From NCBI GenBank assembly GCA_964016885.1, contig OZ024742.1, forward strand, positions 79,794,001 to 79,858,000: a stretch of DNA of 64,000 bases, read 5' to 3'. The position numbers were made by a program, and so were the translations under genes. Below, in pieces: positions 57,233-64,000 of this stretch (the first letter of the stretch is position 1; every line of letters starts with the position of its first letter). This stretch comes from Eledone cirrhosa. Lineage: Eukaryota. The notes beneath the pieces were generated by a model, which had not been told where the DNA came from, did not search any database, and was given only the letters and a program-made list of their open reading frames with translations.

Positions 57233-57270
57233 CCTTTTGAAAAGCAGAAGAACTGCGAAACCGGTAAAGG
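57233..57270 (+). ncRNA. Minimal hammerhead, U3-A8 core (family of 39251)
   Basis: cctt-TTGAAAA(57237)-gcag-aagaa-ctgc-GAAA(57257)-ccg-GUA-aagg, AATAAA ~6 nt downstream. Confidence 0.75.
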
Positions 57271-57339
57271 AACCAAATAAATATATATATTTTAACAAAA
57301 AATAAGACTTCAGTTGCATTTTCGATTTCATCCCTTTTT

Positions 57340-57388
<49 letters not shown>

Positions 57389-57529
57389 CATTCATTTATA
57401 CATAAATACACACACACATATATATATATATTTATTTGTATATATATACGTATATAGGTAGATATCTAGGTTGAAAAATAGATAGATAGATAGATAGATA
57501 GATAGAAAGATAGATTGTTTGATAGATAG

Positions 57530-60500
57530 ATATATTTCTTTATTTGCCTCAAGGGCGCACAAGAAAATGGGACAATATAAAGACATGCCGGGGATTTTAC
57601 ATACAGTCGTGTAAAAAATGTAAAACAAACAATTACAAGAATCGAAATCCCTAATAGGGGGAAGCACCACAAATGGATTGTTTAATACCCCGTCGATAGA
57701 ACAACCCTCAACTCCAGGAGCGTGTTGTGCAAGTGCTCCTTCCTTCCTTTTGCTCTCTTCTTTAACCTACAGGCTTATAAACAGAGAGCCAAATCACTCG
57801 GGCCATTTTCGCTTCATTCACCCACCTTTCAGTAAATTTACTGGGGTGCACTGCCTCTCTCTCCACTCTAATTCTTCTTCTAAAGTGATACTTAAAGAAG
57901 GGAATCGATTGTTGTCCGGAGAGAAAGGCATCTGTCCTCAGTCCTCTCAATCTCGTCCACCATATAACTTTTTTCACCATAACCACTGTACAGAGAAAAC
58001 CGAATCTCTTTCCTTTTTGAAAAAGACTGGCGGTTTGATCCTGACTATGGACTCGACATTCAACTGTATTTGTCCCATACGCGACAGCAGTTGTTCTGCA
58101 TAGTTCCCGGGCAGTGTACAATTGAGTGCAGGGCTGTTTCAATGTCCTGCGCGCATCTTGGATACGTCCTCTTGGAAGGATCTCTGCCGAGGCGTCCGTG
58201 CCTGTAGATCTTGTCACGAACCGGTAGAGCTCCTCGGTAGCACTGCCAGGCTAGGGACCTCTGGAAGTTGTCTTTAGGTCCCGGGCGGAAAGTCCTACCA
58301 AACAGACTGGTGAGCTCATCTTCTTCGACCCCCAGAGTCTCTCCGAGCATGTCATCGCCTTTGTAATGTACATCCCTCTATAGAATGTTGAAGTGGAGTC
58401 TCCACTAATTGCTGTGCCCACTTACCAGAGAACTGTGAGCGCCTGAGCGCATTCAATGTGCCAGGCGCCCATCGTTTTCGGTCGTTTCTTGACCCAGGAC
58501 TGCAGCTGCGTCAGCGAGACAAGCTGCGGGAAAGCCTGTCTCACAAACGGTGCCCACACCGGTTGGGGATCGGTGAGGAATACCTGGAGATGCTTCAGCA
58601 TCAGCGCATGTTTGCGCATTATCAGCCACGGCATTCCCAGCCCTCCGTTGGAGGGGTGCTGACAGCAGACGTATCTCCTCACCAGCGGAGCCTGCTTCTT
58701 CCACAGAAATTGGAAGAGCATGCGTTCCCTCTTGGCGAGGTGTTCATGGGGACAAGGCACGACAGTCAAGCGGTAGTAGATGACGGACGCTATGAAAGTG
58801 TTCGCCACCTCCGCTCGACCTTTTAAGGACAGTTTGCACTCTGTCCACTTCTGGGTGAGCGCAAACACCTTGACCGTGACCTCGTTCCAGCTTTTCTCCA
58901 CCGGGAGGTCTGGACCGAACCAGACCCCGAGCAATTTCACCGGTCCGTCCGTCCAGCATCCAACGACGCTGTCGGACGTCATCGGTTTGCTTCTCTACGT
59001 ACCGAGTTGCAAACCGACAGACTTGTCCGGATTTAGTTTTGCTCCCGTCAGCGTTTCGTATTCTTTCAGTAAGTTGCCGATCACGCCGATTTCCGAGGTG
59101 CTCGACACCATTACCATTACGTCGTCGGCATAAGCCTACGCCGCTTTGCGCAGTCGCGATTCTAGAGGGATGCCCTGCAACAGCTACAATTTCCGCAGTA
59201 GTGGCTCTAGAGTCAATACAAACAGAATGGAGGAGAGAGGGCACCCCTGTCGAATGGAACGAATGATTGCAAACGGCTCCGATAGGTAGCCGTTTACCTT
59301 GACCCTCGAACAGATGTTGGTGTGCATCGCCTCGATCCAGCCTCTGAAAACGGGACCGAAACCGGCCGCCTTGACAACCGCTTCCAAGTATCGGTGGTCG
59401 ACCCTATCAAATGCCTTAGACTGATCCAAATTGATCAGATCCCCACCGAAGCCGGGTGTACTACCCACCCTCTCTATGATGTATCGCATGAGGTGGAAAT
59501 TGTCGTGTATGGACCCGGTCGGGATTGCACAAGTTTGGGCTTTCCCTACCAGGTTCTCGACGACAAGCGCCAACCTCGTCGCTTGCCCCTTGGCCAAAAT
59601 CTTTAACTCTGTGTTGAGGAGAGTTATGGGCCCGAAGTTGTTAATTTCGTCCCCCTTGTTCTCGTCTTTCCTGATCAGCGTTACTACGCCCTTGCCTGCA
59701 GAACTGGGAATTCTCACGTTCTGCTGCCAATTGCAGTAGACGGCTTTGAGGACGCCAGAGAACAAGTCCGGCATGCCTATGTAAAACTCATAGGGTAGAC
59801 CATTTAGACCGATTGACTTACATTTCCCGCAGCGGCCCAGAGCGTCCCGTATCTCAGTGTCCATGATCGGTCTTTCACAGAACTCGGCGTCCGTGTTCGA
59901 GAGACGCAGCAGGCCGTCTAGGTATGAACTAAAGTCCATTGCCCCGTTCGGCTCACCGTCGTTCTGCACAAACAGTCGCGCAAAGTGCTGCTGAAAGGCC
60001 GCGCACATTCGCTTGGGGTCAAGAAGCACGCGTCTTTGGTCTTACAAAGAACGAATCGTGGACTTGTTGCCTCTGCCACTCGGGCCCAGCTGACAGCTTT
60101 GGCTCCTTCGTTTCCTAGAGCACGTGTTTTGCTTCTGACCACGCAGCCTTCGTGTTTCGCGTCGAAGAACTGGTCCAGTGGCGTTCTCGACGCTAACACA
60201 CTAGCCGTGTTGCCACTTCTAAGTGCCTCCTCTACCTTGGCTACTAGTTCTCTTTCTATTTTGTTTTTCTCTAAGGCTAACTCTCTGCTAAACCCTATCG
60301 ATTCTACTCTAATTGCTTTCTTGAGCGAGTACCACCATCTATTGTCGACGATGGCTCCCGTTAACTGCTGTTTGACTAGTCTACTTATCCGTTCACTGTA
60401 AGCTTTACGTGCCGGCAACGAAACGTTCAGCTTCCAGTACCGGGTCCCTGTCTATGTGTTCTATCACGGTTGACTAAGCAGACGACTAATTTGTGACCTG

Positions 60501-62157
60501 AGTAGGCAACCATGTGCATTCGTAGACAGCTTAACATCTCCTTGTCCCTTTCTCTAATGAAGAACCTATCTAAATACGATCTAGATGTTCTGCTGCAGTT
60601 TGCCCACCTCTACTGTGGTGCAGTCGGGAAATCCAGTCGATACCTATCGGCCAGTTGGAATTGGCCGATTAAAGTTTTGAGGCTGTTGCACCCCCCTCTA
60701 CTGGGACATGCTCCCACATTGTCCCACCGTGCATCTAGGATACCATTCCAGTCACCCACTAGAAGTAAGGAGCGATATGTTCCCAGAAAAGACTCTAGAC
60801 GCTTAGAGAAGTCTGGCCGTGATTGCGATTGCCCGGTCAGGGCATAAACGTCCACCAGTCTGAAGGCTCCACCTCCAATACTATTCACGTCTAGGACTAC
60901 CAGTCTACCCTCCGGGTCCAAGTGTACTTGCTGTACTTCGCGTCCAGGTTCTTCCGAAACATGACAGCCACTCTACCTCCACCTGCTGGCTGACAGAGAG
61001 ATGTGTAGATCTCAAAGTCGTCGAAGATGGGGGTTAGTTGCTGCCTGTTGTGGATTCTGGACTCGGTGATGGCTATCACATCCATACCATGTGACCTAAG
61101 GTCGTTTAAAAGTTGGCCCTGTTTCCAGAGCATCCCTAGGCCACGCACATTCACGCTTCCAACTCGTAAACTAGCCATGTTGGTGAAAAAGAGTTGGAGA
61201 AAAAGGACGAAAAGGTGCACTTACCTTTTCCTTTCCTGGAGATCGGGTTGTTCAATGTCCATTTGGGTGTTGGAGGGGTGTTGTTTGGGGTGGGGAAACA
61301 TTTTAACAGGATGCGGTTGATGGGTTTCCGGAAGGGGTTGCCCACGTCCTGCGAAAATTTATTTTTCAGGTCACTATAGGTCTCCATAGAGACCCTTATA
61401 AGATTAAGGTGTGGAGACGATGAAGTCCTTCGAACTGTCTCTTCTTTAATATCGAGGGGTGAGTTAAAACCCACCCTTGTCTTCGAAAGTTACAAATGTT
61501 CTCCCTTGCTGGAGCATATATCTTGCATTGGAGATGTCAAGATTTATAAAATCTTTTTTTTTATACACTGTTTCAGCGAAATACATTTTTATTTTGTGTG
61601 GTGTTGCTGTTGTTGTTATCGTTGTTAGGCTCGATGTTAGAAATCTCAATTCCTTGACGAGGTGAAACTTTATGTGTAGATGTATCTATGGAGTTGTTGA
61701 TGTTGTCTTTTTCATGTGTATGTATGTTAATGGGTTTAATTCCTGTGTTTTCCTGTGTGTTATTGTTATTTTTCTCCGCTTCGACAGTAGAAATTTTAAA
61801 ATCTTCAAGTGGTAATATTTTGTTCTCTTTGTTGACAGTCGTATCTATGGAGACGTCCATAGTAGCAGAAGCAGATGTAACGTTAATATCTGCCTCTCTA
61901 CCTCTCTTCTCTCTGTCGACGTTCTCTAGCGTTCTTTCCGAGATATTCATGTTTTATAGTTGGCAAAATTTGATATTTTAAAACAATTTTAAAATTAAAT
62001 TTTCGCCCCTAAAGGGGCGAAAAATTGGATTACGACCCAGCTGAAAATTCAGCTTGGGGGTTAATCTACAAGATGTTATGGTTTTTCAAAAAATTAGTTC
62101 GGTTTTTTGCATAGAAATTAACAAAAAGGCTTACCGGCGATGTTCCACGCGTCAGGC
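57530..62157 (-). mobile_element. Tx1/L1-like LINE, apparently near full length, disrupted
   Basis: ORF2 from ATG 61178 (SVNVRGL, VGDWNG; RT PITLLN, LDQSKAFDRV, IRQGCPLS, AYADD), clearly homologous to 4079-7469. Short ORF1 remnant ~61950-61220, 5' hairpins ~62000-62060, polyA signal ~57540, (GATA)n flanks. Confidence 0.92.
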
Positions 62158-64000
62158 AGATAAAGAGATAGATAGATAGATTGTTTGATAGATAAATAGC
62201 TAGCTATCTAGATATATATAGAGATAGATAGAGTGTCAGCTATATAATTCCACATAACGATAGAACAAGTAAAGATATGCAGGGAAATATTTGAGTGAAG
62301 CGAAGAAATTCTAATTTGAAACTTTAGCTGAAGCGCATGATTAAGGGCGTAGTTGCAATTTACACGTGGAAATCAAATCCTCTGAGCAACATATCAGTAT
62401 AATTGTTCCTTCTCGTGTCTTGCAATATTTCTAGATAATATTCCTGGAAATGTACAAAGACATTACAAAGAAGTAATTGAGGTTGATATACAATTGAAGT
62501 AATTGAGGAAAATATACAAAAATTGATTCAGTGTGTGCTCCAAATTGACAGGAGGTGTTTACTCTCTCTTGCCTTATACATGTAGTTATATATATATGTG
62601 TATATATTATATGTATTACATGCAAATAGTTATATATAAGTGTATATATTATATATATATTATATATGCATATATATATATGGTCGCATATGGACGCTCA
62701 TTTCTATTATGCTAGCACACACACACACATACATAAATATTTATGTATGTATGTAAGATACACAGATATATTAAATGTTGGGGATTCGGAGACTGAGAAG
62801 AGAGCTCGAGGCATCTTTAGTTATAGGGCTGTTAGAGATATTATTCACTAAAGGATGAAGAAAAACGTGGCCCTCCCCATCTCGGCTAGTGTGTAAGCTG
62901 TTCGATTATTATATACCAACAAGAAGCCGAAACAGAGTGTGCTCTCCGCATCAAGTCACCGAATCCTTCTCTCTTTCTTAACACGGACACACCCAAACAC
63001 TCTCACATCTGTATGTGTATATATTATATACACAGAACAAAGTTTATCTAAGGGAAACAATTGATCTAAATGATGGCGCAATGAAAAGGAACACAAATGA
63101 TTTTGAAGAAAAATTATTGAAACTATATTAACAATAAATTTACTTTAGAATTATACTACGATCGTAAATTAATATATTGTGTGTTACAGATAAATTCTCG
63201 TGCCAGAATTGATTATTTTTCATGGAACAAAAACAACAAAAACATTTCGTAGCTTCTACCACGAGAAGTAAAAACTAGACATACTATATCCGGATAACAT
63301 AATCCAATTTAAGCTGAAACGTAATATATAAAGAGACCAAAGGGATTGCCTGTCAATTTCGTCACATTAGGGAATGATTAAAACTGGAATTCTTTAGAGA
63401 GTAGTGTTCTTTAGGGATCGTTATGTGTTCTAACAAGCTTTTCGTTTTAATGATATATATGTAGAGAGAGAAAGAGAGAAAGAGAGAGAGAGAGAAATAG
63501 GGAGTCGGCGAGAGGCAGAAAGAGAGTAGGAGCCAGAGTGAGAGACAGGGAGAGAGAGAAAGTGTCAGAGAGAAAGAGAGAGAACTTACGAATCCTAACT
63601 TATCTGCCATGAAGACGTCCAAATAACGTTTTTAGCAGAATTTAGTGACACTGCAGATATTTATATTAGATGTTGTTTATACCCATGGGACTTCCAATTG
63701 TGCAAGACTTATGAGAAAATGCTTTTCAACCTTGACAATCTAATCTTGTTTTCGGTAATATTGTTTCTGTAAATACGATGTCTAACTTACCCTTTCAAAA
63801 ATATGGGGAACAACTTCACCGACGCCATCATCATTAACTCGAGGTTCTACTGTCAAAACGTATACAGCAATTTGAATTTCTGAAGTCTATAAAAAAATAC
63901 GTATAATCGAAAATATAAGAAACATAATTGACGCTGTGGAGGAAGCTTGTTAACATTTAAACTGGTTGAGTATTAAAAAGAATTTGCAAGAAATATTGAA

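Overview
AT-rich, microsatellite-dense eukaryotic DNA with no recognisable host gene. It is probably from an octopod cephalopod, an inference from the SINE family and repeat landscape that I could not verify. Almost all interpretable sequence is decayed retroelement: an R4/Dong-like RLE LINE (~420-2950, -) joined head-to-head to a Tx1/L1-like LINE (~2950-7730, +), a second Tx1-like LINE (~57530-62157, -), four Penelope-like elements (PLEs; all four with GIY-YIG and a CxCx5C-type linker suggesting the Naiad group, RT preserved in two), RTE- and CRE-like fragments, an internally deleted Helitron and many copies of a tRNA-derived SINE. The main signal the ORF track does not explain is about 16 hammerhead-ribozyme (HHR) motifs from about 11 unrelated families. 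Some lie in PLE terminal repeats. Most lie in small non-coding units next to (TA)n tracts, with partial tandem or fold-back structure and often an AATAAA just after the cleavage site. Two families carry the compensatory U3-A8 core (UUGANAA). My inference is a diverse set of retrozyme-like non-autonomous RNAs mobilised by PLEs. All folds and alignments were done by eye, and element boundaries are approximate.
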